Assembly: GCA_028715645.1 (NCBI GenBank)
Contig: JAQURK010000003.1
Span: 1 to 62,395, forward strand
Source: Candidatus Omnitrophota bacterium
GTDB taxonomy: Bacteria; Omnitrophota; Gorgyraeia; JABMQH01
DNA length: 62,395 bases
Direction of reading: 5' to 3'
In this document: positions 11,702 to 21,244 of the stretch, one piece after another
Position numbering within the stretch: the stretch's first letter is position 1
Layout: every line of letters begins with the position of its first letter
The notes under the pieces: model-generated
The model's input: only the letters and a program-made list of their open reading frames with translations
The model's database searches: none
What the model was told of the DNA's origin: nothing
Translations under genes and position numbers: made by a program

Positions 11702-13132
11702 AATGCCTAAGTACCATTCATTTAAGGCGCCTAGCTTCTTTTCCTCAAGGGTTTTCTGCGAAAACTTTTTTCTTTCCCTTTTGAACTTTAATTCGTCTGC
11801 AGGCTGGATCTGAACCACCGTCAACATGCAAAATCCCGCCCGTGTCCTGATGACCGGGGAGAGCGTTCCAAAATTGGTATTAAATGCCGCTTCGCCGATC
11901 TCTTGAGCCGGGCCCAGGTTTTGTATATATTCATTTCTTGTAAAAAATTCGCTATCCTGCGCCGTGTGCCTTATTTTTCTCGCCGCCTCCTGGAATTTCA
12001 TGCCCTTTGCCGTCATCGAGTCGGTCATTTTTTTATGAAGCCTGTTTGCCTCCTTATAAGCGAGTGAAGCGGCCGCATCCTCTTTGAGGATGGTTTCTAT
12101 TTTATCCCTTACCTTATCCAAGGCCGGTACGTACGAGGGTTTTTTGTCCTTTAATTTTATTATGTAATAGCCGCTTATGGACTCCATATCGGATTTTATC
12201 AAGTTGCTTCTTTCGCCGGGTTTAAGCCCAAAGGCAATTTTTTGTACCTCGGGAAACCAGCCAATCTGAGGTATGGGGCCCTGCCTTGAGAACAAGCCGG
12301 TTTCCTTCACCGGTATGGAATTTTCCTTCGCGACATCCTCAAAGACCTTCGTATTGTCGCTCAGGACATAATCGATTTTCTCGGCGGCAATCAGGGTTTT
12401 TTCTCTGTCTTTTTGATAATCGGCGAATTCAAAACCCAGATATTCTATGTTTACCTGTTCGGGGACCCGGAAGGATTCGGTATTTGCCTCATAATATTTT
12501 TTTGCGGCCTCCGAATCCAGTGTTACCGTTTTTATAAAAGAGGAAGGCGAGACCAGTATATAAGAAATCTTTGATTTCTCATTTTCTTTTTTATAGGCCT
12601 CCCAGACTTCCTTATTTGTAATCTTTATGCCCCTTATTGCGGTATCCCTCAGCTTGAGGATCTTAAGCATATCCCTGATCTCTTCCTCGAACTGCCTGGG
12701 CGTTATCCTGAAGACCTCGGCAAGGACCATGTTATACGCCCTTTTATCGAATTGGCCATTAGACTGCAGGAAGGGGAAACTCTGTATGACGTCAACTACC
12801 TCCCGGTCAGAGACCCTTATGTGTTTTTTCTTGGCCTCTTCGAGCAGTATCAGCCTGTCCCAGGCCTGCTGCTCCAGATTGAGTGCTTCATACACCTGGT
12901 TAAGTTTCGCGCCGTACATAAGAAGGGCCTGGTTCTTTGCGGCCTGCCAGGCGGCGCTGTATTCCTCGAAGGAGACCTTCCTGCCGAAAATTGTGCCGGC
13001 GTATGAAGGGCCATTCTGCTTCGAGCGCATGGCGCTGCCCGCGCCCCAGAATACAAACGGCGGAATTATCAGTATCGCAATCGCCCACAACAGGCGCTTC
13101 ATCACCTTTTTATTTCGTAACAGCTTTAACAT
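11654..13132 (-). CDS. periplasmic chaperone / peptidyl-prolyl isomerase, PpiD/SurA-like
   Basis: 492 aa. N-terminal signal-anchor ([19 protein letters not shown]), a SurA-N-like region, and a parvulin-like segment that is not clearly catalytic. Confidence 0.7.
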   Translation of the reverse strand: MLKLLRNKKVMKRLLWAIAILIIPPFVFWGAGSAMRSKQNGPSYAGTIFGRKVSFEEYSAAWQAAKNQALLMYGAKLNQVYEALNLEQQAWDRLILLEEAKKKHIRVSDREVVDVIQSFPFLQSNGQFDKRAYNMVLAEVFRITPRQFEEEIRDMLKILKLRDTAIRGIKITNKEVWEAYKKENEKSKISYILVSPSSFIKTVTLDSEAAKKYYEANTESFRVPEQVNIEYLGFEFADYQKDREKTLIAAEKIDYVLSDNTKVFEDVAKENSIPVKETGLFSRQGPIPQIGWFPEVQKIAFGLKPGERSNLIKSDMESISGYYIIKLKDKKPSYVPALDKVRDKIETILKEDAAASLAYKEANRLHKKMTDSMTAKGMKFQEAARKIRHTAQDSEFFTRNEYIQNLGPAQEIGEAAFNTNFGTLSPVIRTRAGFCMLTVVQIQPADELKFKRERKKFSQKTLEEKKLGALNEWYLGILKKAKLKSNIPAEGE

Positions 13133-13141
13133 ATGCGGAAT

Positions 13142-13170
13142 ATTATAATCCTCGCCGCTCCCTTTTACAA
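13142..13170 (-). promoter_or_regulatory. promoter of the PpiD-like gene; -10 lies 9 nt before the ATG (leaderless-type)
   Basis: Minus strand: TTGTAA (13170-13165), 17-nt spacer, TATAAT (13147-13142), then attccgcat, then ATG (13132). No SD. Confidence 0.55.
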
Positions 13171-13197
13171 CAATATTTTTTCCTGGGTTGATTAATA

Positions 13198-14070
13198 TTA
13201 AGGTTTGCGGTAAGCGAGGAGGAGGCCCTGGGTGTGGGAGAGGGGGGTGAGGGATTCGACGAAGTAATTTACGGCGCCCAGGAAGACGTTGACAAGCGCG
13301 TGAATGACAATGTTTTTATTTAGCGCCTTAGAGACTGCCACAAGCGCTCTGATAAGGAAGGATTTATCCTTGTATTCGTTATCAAACCTGTACAAATATT
13401 CCTCTGTCGGCCATATGAAGCCCCATAATCGTTCCACCCTTATCGGCCTAAAACCCTTTTTCGCGAACCTATCAAGGACTGCCTGAGGCATTTCAAGCCC
13501 AAAATGGCCGCCTATCTCCTCTACGAAACTTTTCTGGAATAATTGCGGGTATTCTTGCGCGAACCTGTATAGAAAGTTGGCGCTTGCGGTCTCTACGGCA
13601 TGCGCCGTGGCCCCGCCGGGCTTTAAAACCCTGAATATCTCGGACAGCAGCAGATTTTTTTTATCTAAAGGTATATGACCCATTACATCTGAACTAACCA
13701 CATAATCAAAACTGTCTTTTTCAAACGGAAGGGATGTTATGTCGGCGTTCACCGCCATTTTATATGCGCATGCTGCGCATGCGTTTTTTAAGGGCGCGAT
13801 CTCGAGATCCACGCCGATCACAGCGCCGTACCTGGTGAATAATTTATATCCTCCGCCGCAGCCGAGATCCAGGATGAGCCCCTTTTTATTATTCTTCAGC
13901 ACTTTTTTAAAAAATCTCTGGCGTTTTCCGACGATTGAAATAAGGTCGCGGATTTCAGACAGGCAATTAAGGAGGGGATTAGCGAAACCCATGTGGCCCT
14001 TTGCCCACATCGCGCCTTTTTCGGTGCGATAGTATTTATGATAAAAATCTTTCGCGGCCCCGCTTGTCAT
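13198..14070 (-). CDS. class I SAM-dependent methyltransferase
   Basis: 290 aa. Motif I ILDLGCGGG and post-I/II pattern (VIGVDL, LKPGG). Only 3 nt after the upstream gene. Confidence 0.85.
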   Translation of the reverse strand: MTSGAAKDFYHKYYRTEKGAMWAKGHMGFANPLLNCLSEIRDLISIVGKRQRFFKKVLKNNKKGLILDLGCGGGYKLFTRYGAVIGVDLEIAPLKNACAACAYKMAVNADITSLPFEKDSFDYVVSSDVMGHIPLDKKNLLLSEIFRVLKPGGATAHAVETASANFLYRFAQEYPQLFQKSFVEEIGGHFGLEMPQAVLDRFAKKGFRPIRVERLWGFIWPTEEYLYRFDNEYKDKSFLIRALVAVSKALNKNIVIHALVNVFLGAVNYFVESLTPLSHTQGLLLAYRKP

Positions 14071-14073
14071 CTT

Positions 14074-14877
14074 TTAGGCGCTTAATTCAAACGTGGTTTT
14101 TTTCTGTATGATATTGCCGCCCGAGAGCTCAACTGTCGCGACCGCCGAATACTTTCCCGCGGCAAGCCTGGGGCAAATTACCGGAATCATTTCCTTATAA
14201 CCGGGGAAGATGGGGAGGGATTTGCCTATGGATAAATTTTTAACTATATCGCCGCTTTCGTTAAATATTATCAATGTCCCAAAGGGCCGCATATGCGTTG
14301 TTCCGGTATTTTCAACAACAACACTTAGCGTAACGCCGTTTTTTTGGGGTGCTGGCTCGGCCGTTATCTCCTTTATTTCCGCTGAAATGGTTGCGTGCCC
14401 TTTAATGGATACATAAACAGGTATGCTGAATCGCGGCGTAACCTGCAGCCGGACATCTCCTTCAGAAGGAGCGGTATTCGCCCTGCCGAAACTATGTTTT
14501 TCATCGAACAGGACGGCGCAAAGGTGCTCCTCTTTGGCGTCCTTGGGGACATTTATAAGGAACTTGGCCTCTGCCGAGCCTCCCGGGCCGATGTTAAAAT
14601 TTGTTTTTTCAAACTGAAGCCATCCCCGGCATGACGGCAATTTTTTTGCCTCTTCCGGTGGGATTGTGCCTTCCGAAAAGATATAACGATATTCTCCCGT
14701 TGATACTGCAATGTCCACATAGGATTCCGTAGGATTTATGAGTTTAAATGAACCGGAATAGGTACTGCCGGCGCTTAGACTTTGTTCGAGCCTCATCGGT
14801 TCGATTTCGAGCGGGAAGGCGGATGTCGCTGGGAGCAGGGAAAAAATGAAAAAAAGGACAATCAGATGTTTCTTCAT
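14074..14877 (-). CDS. secreted two-domain Ig-like protein (PapD-chaperone-like / DUF916+DUF3324-like pattern), function unknown
   Basis: 267 aa. Signal peptide MKKHLIVLFFIFSLLPATSA. The mature chain starts FPLEIEPMRL..SGSFKLINPTESYVDIAV. A second beta-rich domain follows (GVTLSVVVENTGTTHMRPFG..GKYSAVATVEL). Confidence 0.5.
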   Translation of the reverse strand: MKKHLIVLFFIFSLLPATSAFPLEIEPMRLEQSLSAGSTYSGSFKLINPTESYVDIAVSTGEYRYIFSEGTIPPEEAKKLPSCRGWLQFEKTNFNIGPGGSAEAKFLINVPKDAKEEHLCAVLFDEKHSFGRANTAPSEGDVRLQVTPRFSIPVYVSIKGHATISAEIKEITAEPAPQKNGVTLSVVVENTGTTHMRPFGTLIIFNESGDIVKNLSIGKSLPIFPGYKEMIPVICPRLAAGKYSAVATVELSGGNIIQKKTTFELSA

Positions 14878-15548
14878 GGCGCGGGGACAAGTTCAATATA
14901 AAGATTTGAGGTATATTTTCCCTTTATGGTCTTTTCGTCGAAATAGGCGGCAAACCTTATGTCGAACGGCGTAGCGAGCGTGGTGTCCCCAAGGGGATTG
15001 TCGTCAGCGGTAAAGAGTGTCCTGTCAGGGCCTGATACCCAATCCGCGTTTCTGGGATCAAGCCCCATAATTATGCATTCGGTATAATCAGCGGTGCCGA
15101 CCTCGCGGGGCGGGGCATAAGCTTTATAGGTATCGTTATTTATGTCGGGCACATACACCCAAACGTCTTTTCCGAAATTGGGGCACGCGGCCTCAAGCGG
15201 CACGGTATATTGCCCGTCCTCGGATATAAGTCCGGCCTTGTTGATTGCGCTAAGGCTCCCGGCCAGCGGAGTTAAATTCGTGTTATCTGTATATATCCTC
15301 ATGATCCAGGGATAGGCGCCGTTATATGTTCCGAATACGGTTATCTTTCCTATCTCAAATCTGCCGGGTTTTTTTACAGTGAAGTTAAGGGAGCCCCTGA
15401 AACTGTAGGTGCCGAAAGAAGGGACGATTCCCAGGGTCTTTATTTCGCTTTTTGAGGCATAACAGGGGATGGTATTGAGCGTTGAGTATTGAGTATTGAG
15501 TAGGAAGAAAACAACGATGAGTTTAGTGATAAAAAAGTTTTTTCTCAT
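14874..15548 (-). CDS. secreted protein of unknown function (WxL-domain-like C-terminal motif)
   Basis: 224 aa. Signal peptide with a CYA-S cleavage-like site. Ends GKYTSNLYIELVPAP. Contains a tandem heptamer tract in the signal-peptide coding region. Confidence 0.6.
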   Translation of the reverse strand: MRKNFFITKLIVVFFLLNTQYSTLNTIPCYASKSEIKTLGIVPSFGTYSFRGSLNFTVKKPGRFEIGKITVFGTYNGAYPWIMRIYTDNTNLTPLAGSLSAINKAGLISEDGQYTVPLEAACPNFGKDVWVYVPDINNDTYKAYAPPREVGTADYTECIIMGLDPRNADWVSGPDRTLFTADDNPLGDTTLATPFDIRFAAYFDEKTIKGKYTSNLYIELVPAP

Positions 15549-15558
15549 CTTGAAGATA

Positions 15559-15586
15559 ATATTATCATATTATCTAAAAAAGTCAA
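15559..15586 (-). promoter_or_regulatory. promoter of the 224-aa/267-aa/methyltransferase operon; -10 lies 10 nt before the ATG
   Basis: Minus strand: TTGACT (15586-15581), 16-nt spacer, TAATAT (15564-15559), then tatcttcaag, then ATG (15548). No SD. Confidence 0.5.
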
Positions 15587-15589
15587 CAT

Positions 15590-15630
15590 AAAATCCCCCT
15601 CTGTAATTGTCTATTATAGAGGGGGATTTT
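15590..15630 (-). terminator. intrinsic terminator after the OM barrel gene (bidirectional in shape)
   Basis: AAAATCCCCCTCT (15590-15602) and AGAGGGGGATTTT (15618-15630) form a 13-bp stem with a 15-nt loop. A/T tracts lie on both sides. Confidence 0.8.
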
Positions 15631-15643
15631 ATAAAAAAAACAA

Positions 15644-16426
15644 TTAGAACCTGTATACGGCGCCGGCGGTAATCGCTGTTTCGTCGATAAACCTTCCTTC
15701 GACCTGCAGCGCTATGTTCGGGTTGATCTGGAGATCCGACCCTACGACAATACCGACGTAATTATCGCCCTTTAAAGTCCAGCCGCTTTCTATGTTTGTC
15801 GATGTCTCGTTTCTATATTTGATGTGCTTGTCTGTCTCTGTCCTGAAGTAAGAGAATTTTACTCCAAGATAAGGGTTAGCCGTCCAGCTATAAATGGGAA
15901 TATCAAATTTTTTGGTGACAAAAGGAGTGCCCTGAATTTCAAAATCTTCAATCTTTCCGGAGACGTTTGTCGCCTTGGTGCCGTTATGTGTTATCTTGTC
16001 GACGTCCACTCTCCACCAGTTGAATTGGGCATCCAATCCCACTTTCCAACCCTCAGAAAGTTCCTTCGCCCCGCTTACGCCAAAACCGCCCAGGAAACCG
16101 TAATCCGTTTCTATTTTAACTTCCTTGCTGGTCGCCGGTTCGGTGGTTTTAATATCACCGCCGTTTGAAACGCCTAATTTCCCGTAGACGTTAAGATAAG
16201 GAGTAAGCCCGAGGGATAATTTACCATAAACCTGATTTGTCTTCTCCAAATCAAATTTGGTCCTATCCGCCGGCTTCTTGATATCCCTGTCGAAGATATA
16301 GTTATCTTCAACCGCGACAGAATATTTCAAATGGCCCAAAGGCCTGACGGCATCCGTGATGCTTGCGGCATACAGAGGGGATGCTATCAAAACTATGGCA
16401 ACGATAATAATCGCTATTCTTTTCAT
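15644..16426 (-). CDS. outer-membrane beta-barrel protein (small porin/OmpW-OmpA-like)
   Basis: 260 aa. Signal peptide ..ASPLYA-AS, alternating hydrophobic beta-strand pattern, and a C-terminal aromatic (GAVYRF). SD GGAGGTG. Confidence 0.8.
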   Translation of the reverse strand: MKRIAIIIVAIVLIASPLYAASITDAVRPLGHLKYSVAVEDNYIFDRDIKKPADRTKFDLEKTNQVYGKLSLGLTPYLNVYGKLGVSNGGDIKTTEPATSKEVKIETDYGFLGGFGVSGAKELSEGWKVGLDAQFNWWRVDVDKITHNGTKATNVSGKIEDFEIQGTPFVTKKFDIPIYSWTANPYLGVKFSYFRTETDKHIKYRNETSTNIESGWTLKGDNYVGIVVGSDLQINPNIALQVEGRFIDETAITAGAVYRF

Positions 16427-16495
16427 TTTTCACCTCCTCTCTTTAATTTTATACAAAGATATCATATGGTTCAGGCGCTGTCAAGGAGAATTAAC

Positions 16496-16524
16496 TTGCA
16501 ATTGGAAAAATTCCAATGTATATT
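16496..16524 (+). promoter_or_regulatory. near-consensus sigma70 promoter of the polysaccharide cluster, with a dyad in the spacer
   Basis: TTGCAA (16496-16501), 17-nt spacer, TATATT (16519-16524). The spacer holds ATTGGAA-AAA-TTCCAAT (16501-16517). Confidence 0.65.
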
Positions 16525-16546
16525 ACTTAAAAAAGAGGCCAGGGGT

Positions 16547-17800
16547 TTGAAACCAAGTCTTAAAGTTACGAAAAATACGGCTTCATTAGTAAGCAGAGAG
16601 GCGCTTAACAAGGGAGCGCTTTTTATCTTGCTTGTGCTTATCGGCCGGTTTTTGGGCAAGGAGGCCCTTGGCAGATATTCTCTGGCCCTTGTCATCTCCC
16701 AGATATTTTTTTTCGGCTCAGAGCTCGGGCTTAATACCCTGATTGTCCGTGAGGTGGCTACAGAAAAGTCGCTCGCGGGCAAGTTCCTTCTAAATACGGG
16801 CGCCTTGCGGGTCCTGACGGGCGCCATAACGCTGGGACTTATATGGGTCATAACAGGGGTCGTCGGCGCTAAAGGAGAAGCGGCCAGGGCAATATATCTC
16901 TGTGCCATTGCTTATTTCTTCGTTAACATCACCAGCATTTATACCTCCGTCTTCCGCGCCTTTGAGCGCATGGAATTGGACCTTGTCGTCGCGTTTATTA
17001 GAAATGTAATATTCCTTCCTTTTGCCGCGATGGCGCTTTATAGCGGACAGGGTATCGCCGGGGTCTTTATCGTGCTTTTGATTTCCAGTATCTGCGCGTT
17101 GATATTCGCGCATCTCACATTTATAAAACAGATAGGGACGGCGGCATCTCCGACCCTCAGGATCGACCTTGATTTTTGCAAGGACCAGTTGAGGCAAACC
17201 TCGCCGCTATGGTTAAGCCAATTATTCGGAATCGCCTATCTTAAGATAGCGCCGATCCTTCTTTTCAGGTTACAAGGCGAAGGCGCGGTCGGGATATATA
17301 ATGCGGGGCTGGTCGTTGTTGACGGATTCTGGGTATTGGCAGGCTGTTTTGTTTATTCCATTTTTCCGGTAATCTCCCGCATTGGTTTGCGTGAGGCCAG
17401 GGCGGAATATTTAAACGGTCTGAAATTTATTATTTCCGCCTTTTTGGCCCTTGCGGCGATGGTGGCCCTTGCGGCAGGCTGGCTTGTGCCTTTGTTTTAC
17501 GGACAAAAATTTATCGAGGTCATTCCGTTGTTCAGGCTATTCGCGCTTATCTCTATCCTCATTGCGATAGATACGCATAACGGCATGGCAATAATCGCTG
17601 TAAGGAGACAGTCAGTGCTTCCTTTTATAAACGCGGCCGCGCTTGCCCTAAATTTTTCATTAAATGTTTTTTTGATACCCCGGTTCGGCTATACAGGGTC
17701 GGCTTACGCGCTTTTCTTAAGCGAGTCCATGGTTTTTGTCTTGATGCTTGTTGTGTTAAAGAGGTCATTGCTTGCCGCAGGCGGCGGCGCAAACGCATAG
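16547..17800 (+). CDS. wzx: polysaccharide flippase (Wzx / MOP superfamily)
   Basis: Multi-TM protein with the typical N-terminus (KNTASLVSREALNKGALFILLVLIGR). I place the start at TTG 16547, after AAGAGG and downstream of the promoter. The listed 16331 start overlaps the divergent barrel gene. Confidence 0.8.
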   Translation: MKPSLKVTKNTASLVSREALNKGALFILLVLIGRFLGKEALGRYSLALVISQIFFFGSELGLNTLIVREVATEKSLAGKFLLNTGALRVLTGAITLGLIWVITGVVGAKGEAARAIYLCAIAYFFVNITSIYTSVFRAFERMELDLVVAFIRNVIFLPFAAMALYSGQGIAGVFIVLLISSICALIFAHLTFIKQIGTAASPTLRIDLDFCKDQLRQTSPLWLSQLFGIAYLKIAPILLFRLQGEGAVGIYNAGLVVVDGFWVLAGCFVYSIFPVISRIGLREARAEYLNGLKFIISAFLALAAMVALAAGWLVPLFYGQKFIEVIPLFRLFALISILIAIDTHNGMAIIAVRRQSVLPFINAAALALNFSLNVFLIPRFGYTGSAYALFLSESMVFVLMLVVLKRSLLAAGGGANA

Positions 17801-19153
17801 ATGAGACCCGAAATAGTCACCATATCAGTACTGGTCTTTATCGGCCTTGTTTTGGGCCTTTTGATCGCCGGCCTCCCTACGGTAATTACCATATCCGTCC
17901 TCGGCGCCGCAGGCCTGTTTTTGCTCGCTTTTTTTAACCCCTTGCCTGTCATGGCGGTTTTGTTATGCGCGGTTCCGTTTAATATCCTCTGGATCGGCGT
18001 GGGCATTGCGCCGTTAGAGGTGATCTACAGCTCCATATTTATCTTACTCGCGGCTTCCTGGGCGCTGAAAAGGGCCTTATATTGGGAAAGCGGGCCGGAA
18101 AAACTTTATTCGCCTGTAGCCATGCCGCTTCTGGCCTTTTTTTTCGCTGCGGCCCTGGCTGCCTTAATAGGTATTTCGCGGGGCCATGCCTTTGCCAAGT
18201 GGGGCAGCGATTTAAACGCCGTCATGTTCTACGGCCTTTGCTTTATGGCGCCGGACATCATCCGGGATAAAAAACAGCTTTATAAGATTTTATTGCTGAT
18301 GATGGCCTCGACGGCGGTCGCCCTCCTTTCCGCCGGGGACCTGGACAAGATAAAAGGGGCGGGCGTTTTTGCCCTAGTCATGTTTATAATTTCAATCGCC
18401 ATGCTGGATTGCCTGAAGGACAGCGGGAAAAAGGCTTTTTTTCTGGTCTTGTCGGTATTCTTCGGCATAATGCAGATTATGTCCTTCGCAAGGTCGATGT
18501 GGCTTTCGGCGATTTTTGGCCTGGCATTTTTGTTTCTTGTATCACTGGAAAGGCAAAAGGCGAATTTTATAAAAGTCGTGCTTGGGACAGCGCTTTTAAC
18601 AACGCTGTATCTTTCATTGGCTATGTCGGTCCCGTCGGAGAACCCCTTGTACAGGTCCATCTATGCCGTTGAAAAACGGTATGAGTCTATTTTTACCGCG
18701 AAGGAAGAGCCTTCCATAATTACGCGCGAGTCAGAGTGGCATGAGGCAAGCAGGAAGGCGTTGGAACACCCGATTTTTGGAAACGGGCTGGGCACCGAAT
18801 TTACATATTTTAGATATGACCAGTGGTTCGGCGCGCCGGCCTGGATCACGACGCGTTACATCCACAATGTTTATCTTTTTATATTTCTAAACATGGGGGC
18901 GCTCGGCCTTCTTTCTTTTCTATGGTTCGCCGCCGCCTTTTTAAGATACGGGCTCTCTGTTTACAGGTCGCAGGAAAACGCCGTGGATAAGGCATTAAGT
19001 CTCGGCATCCTTTCAAGTTTCGCCGCGCTCATGGTTGTTTCCCTTGCGGGGCCTTTCCTTACATCGCCTGCTGTCACAATGTGGTTCGGTTTTTTTACCG
19101 GCGCCCTTATAATTATAGATCGAAGACCGGAGAATAAATCAATAGACCCATGA
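17801..19153 (+). CDS. O-antigen ligase/polymerase-family membrane protein (Wzy-like)
   Basis: 450 aa with ~10-12 TM helices. Wzy_C-like loop (SFARSMWLSAIFGLAFL) and a large periplasmic loop. Confidence 0.75.
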   Translation: MRPEIVTISVLVFIGLVLGLLIAGLPTVITISVLGAAGLFLLAFFNPLPVMAVLLCAVPFNILWIGVGIAPLEVIYSSIFILLAASWALKRALYWESGPEKLYSPVAMPLLAFFFAAALAALIGISRGHAFAKWGSDLNAVMFYGLCFMAPDIIRDKKQLYKILLLMMASTAVALLSAGDLDKIKGAGVFALVMFIISIAMLDCLKDSGKKAFFLVLSVFFGIMQIMSFARSMWLSAIFGLAFLFLVSLERQKANFIKVVLGTALLTTLYLSLAMSVPSENPLYRSIYAVEKRYESIFTAKEEPSIITRESEWHEASRKALEHPIFGNGLGTEFTYFRYDQWFGAPAWITTRYIHNVYLFIFLNMGALGLLSFLWFAAAFLRYGLSVYRSQENAVDKALSLGILSSFAALMVVSLAGPFLTSPAVTMWFGFFTGALIIIDRRPENKSIDP

Positions 19154-20358
19154 ATATTTTATATATCTGTCCCAGGTTCCCATATCCGGCGGATCAAGGC
19201 GATAAGGTTGTAGTATATGAGCACCTTAAATTTCTTTCCACCGAAAACAAGATAACGCTTCTTTCCTTTGTGGAAGGTAAAGAGCGGTCAAAGGCCGCTT
19301 CCCTCCTTTCGGGTTATTGTTCACAGATAGAGGTTTTTAAGAGGCGCCGAAATTTTTCTATAATAAACTTTATAAGGGCCATTTTTGACGCCAGCCCCTT
19401 TTCGGTAATTAGATATTATTCGCCTCAAATGTTTAAGCGCGCCAAGGCGCTGATAGAATCGGGAGAATTCGATACGGTGCACGTCGCGTTCTATTACATG
19501 GGCCAGTATGCGGTTAATAAAAAAATCTCCGTGCCCAAAAAAACCGCGGTCATACTGGATACCCATAATATAGAATACCTCTTATATTCAAGATACGCCC
19601 GCCTTTGGAAAAACCCTTTTATGAAATTGCTGTTTTACCTTGAGGCCCTAAGGATAAAAAGATGCGAATTGGCCATCTATAAAAAATTCGACAGATGTAT
19701 CGCTTTTTCTGAATTGGACAGGGCGAACATCACCAGACTGTCAGGGGCATCCAATATCGAGGTTGTACCGGCCTGCGTTGAACTGCCGCCTGCCCGGATG
19801 CCGGATGTGCCGGAAGAGCGGAATACGATATTTTTTTTCGGCCTTCTAAACACGCCTGCAAACAATGATGCCGTGAAATTTTTTTATAAAAATATATTCC
19901 CGCTTATAAGGAAGAAGGTCCCGGAGGCGAAATTCATTATCGCCGGGAAGAAAGCCTCTAGGTATATAACAGCCATCGGTAATGAACCGGGTGTCAGGCT
20001 GCTCGGATTTGTCGCCGATATCAGGGCGATTTTAAAAATGGCGTCGGTGGTTGTCGTACCGTTAAGGCTGGGAGGCGGGACACGTATTAAGATCCTCGAG
20101 GCATGGTCAATGAAAAAGGCGGTGATCTCAACCTCTATAGGCGCCGAGGGGGTAGACGTAAAGAACCGGACCGACATCGTTATCGCGGATTCGCCCTCCG
20201 AGTTTGCCGAGAGCGCGGCGGCGCTCTTAAAAGATGAAGCGGAAAGAAAACGCCTCGGGGAAGCGGCGTTTAAAAAAACGGCCGAAAACCATGATCCGGG
20301 CCGTGTCATAAAAGCGTTAGAGGCAATATATAAAAATGCAAAATCCGTCGCAAGATAG
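19150..20358 (+). CDS. glycosyltransferase family 4
   Basis: 402 aa, GT-B fold, with the EX7E region (RIKILEAWSMKKAVISTSIGAEG). Confidence 0.85.
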   Translation: MNILYICPRFPYPADQGDKVVVYEHLKFLSTENKITLLSFVEGKERSKAASLLSGYCSQIEVFKRRRNFSIINFIRAIFDASPFSVIRYYSPQMFKRAKALIESGEFDTVHVAFYYMGQYAVNKKISVPKKTAVILDTHNIEYLLYSRYARLWKNPFMKLLFYLEALRIKRCELAIYKKFDRCIAFSELDRANITRLSGASNIEVVPACVELPPARMPDVPEERNTIFFFGLLNTPANNDAVKFFYKNIFPLIRKKVPEAKFIIAGKKASRYITAIGNEPGVRLLGFVADIRAILKMASVVVVPLRLGGGTRIKILEAWSMKKAVISTSIGAEGVDVKNRTDIVIADSPSEFAESAAALLKDEAERKRLGEAAFKKTAENHDPGRVIKALEAIYKNAKSVAR

Positions 20359-21244
20359 GGATCGGATAGACATTATAATTCTGAATTTTAACCAGGAGGC
20401 CGATACCAGCGAATGCATCCTTTCATTAAAAAGGATGAATTATAAAAATTACAGGATTATATTGGTTGACAACGGGTCGACGGACGGCTCAGGCGACCGC
20501 CTTAAAAAAAGGTTTAATGAGGCCGATTACATAAAGAGCGATGTGAATCTCGGTTTTGCCGGCGGTTGCAACCTGGGTATAAAAAGCTCTTTTGCCGCGG
20601 CCGCGGCAGGGCATGTCCTTCTCCTTAACAACGATACTGTGGCCGGGGAAAATCTTTTAACCTCACTTCTTAAGATCGCGAATTCGGAAAATGCTATAGG
20701 CATCCTGGGCGCCGTTAATTATTATTATTCCAGGCCGGAGAAGGTGCATATGGCCGCCCACAGGTTTTTATGGTGGTCCGGGATTCAGGGCATTAAAACC
20801 GGCGTCAAAAAAGAGTTTGAAGAGGTGCAGAGCGTTTCCGCCTGCTGCATGCTCATAAAAAAAGAGGTCATCGAAAGGATCGGCCTGCTTGATGAACGTT
20901 TCTTCATATATTATGAGGATTCCGATTTTTGCCTAAGGGCAGGGAGGGCGGGTTTCAAGGTCGCGGCTGTAAGGGACGCAAAGGTATGGCATAAGATAAG
21001 CAAGATCATCGGGCGGAAGACGGCGAAGGAATACTATATCTATACAAGAAACCAGCCTTTTTTTATGATCAAGAACTGCCCCGGGATATTCCTGCCGGTT
21101 TATTTCCTTGTTTATTCTTTAAAGGTTTTTATACGGATCGGCTGGTTTTTTGTAACCGGAAAAAGGCCGCTTTCTTCTGCCGTCAGGCGGGGGCTCGCCG
21201 ATTTTATCCGCGGCAGATTCGGGAAAGGAAGGCTTTTTGAGTAG
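20336..21244 (+). CDS. glycosyltransferase family 2
   Basis: 302 aa. Motifs IDIIILNFNQ, ILVDNGSTDGS and a DxD-like YYEDSD. Confidence 0.88.
   Translation: MQNPSQDRDRIDIIILNFNQEADTSECILSLKRMNYKNYRIILVDNGSTDGSGDRLKKRFNEADYIKSDVNLGFAGGCNLGIKSSFAAAAAGHVLLLNNDTVAGENLLTSLLKIANSENAIGILGAVNYYYSRPEKVHMAAHRFLWWSGIQGIKTGVKKEFEEVQSVSACCMLIKKEVIERIGLLDERFFIYYEDSDFCLRAGRAGFKVAAVRDAKVWHKISKIIGRKTAKEYYIYTRNQPFFMIKNCPGIFLPVYFLVYSLKVFIRIGWFFVTGKRPLSSAVRRGLADFIRGRFGKGRLFE

Noticed and set aside
16331-16546. N-terminal 72 codons of the listed flippase ORF
   Set aside because: They overlap the divergent barrel gene and its SD, and they precede the strong promoter at 16496-16524. The conserved flippase N-terminus begins at TTG 16547.
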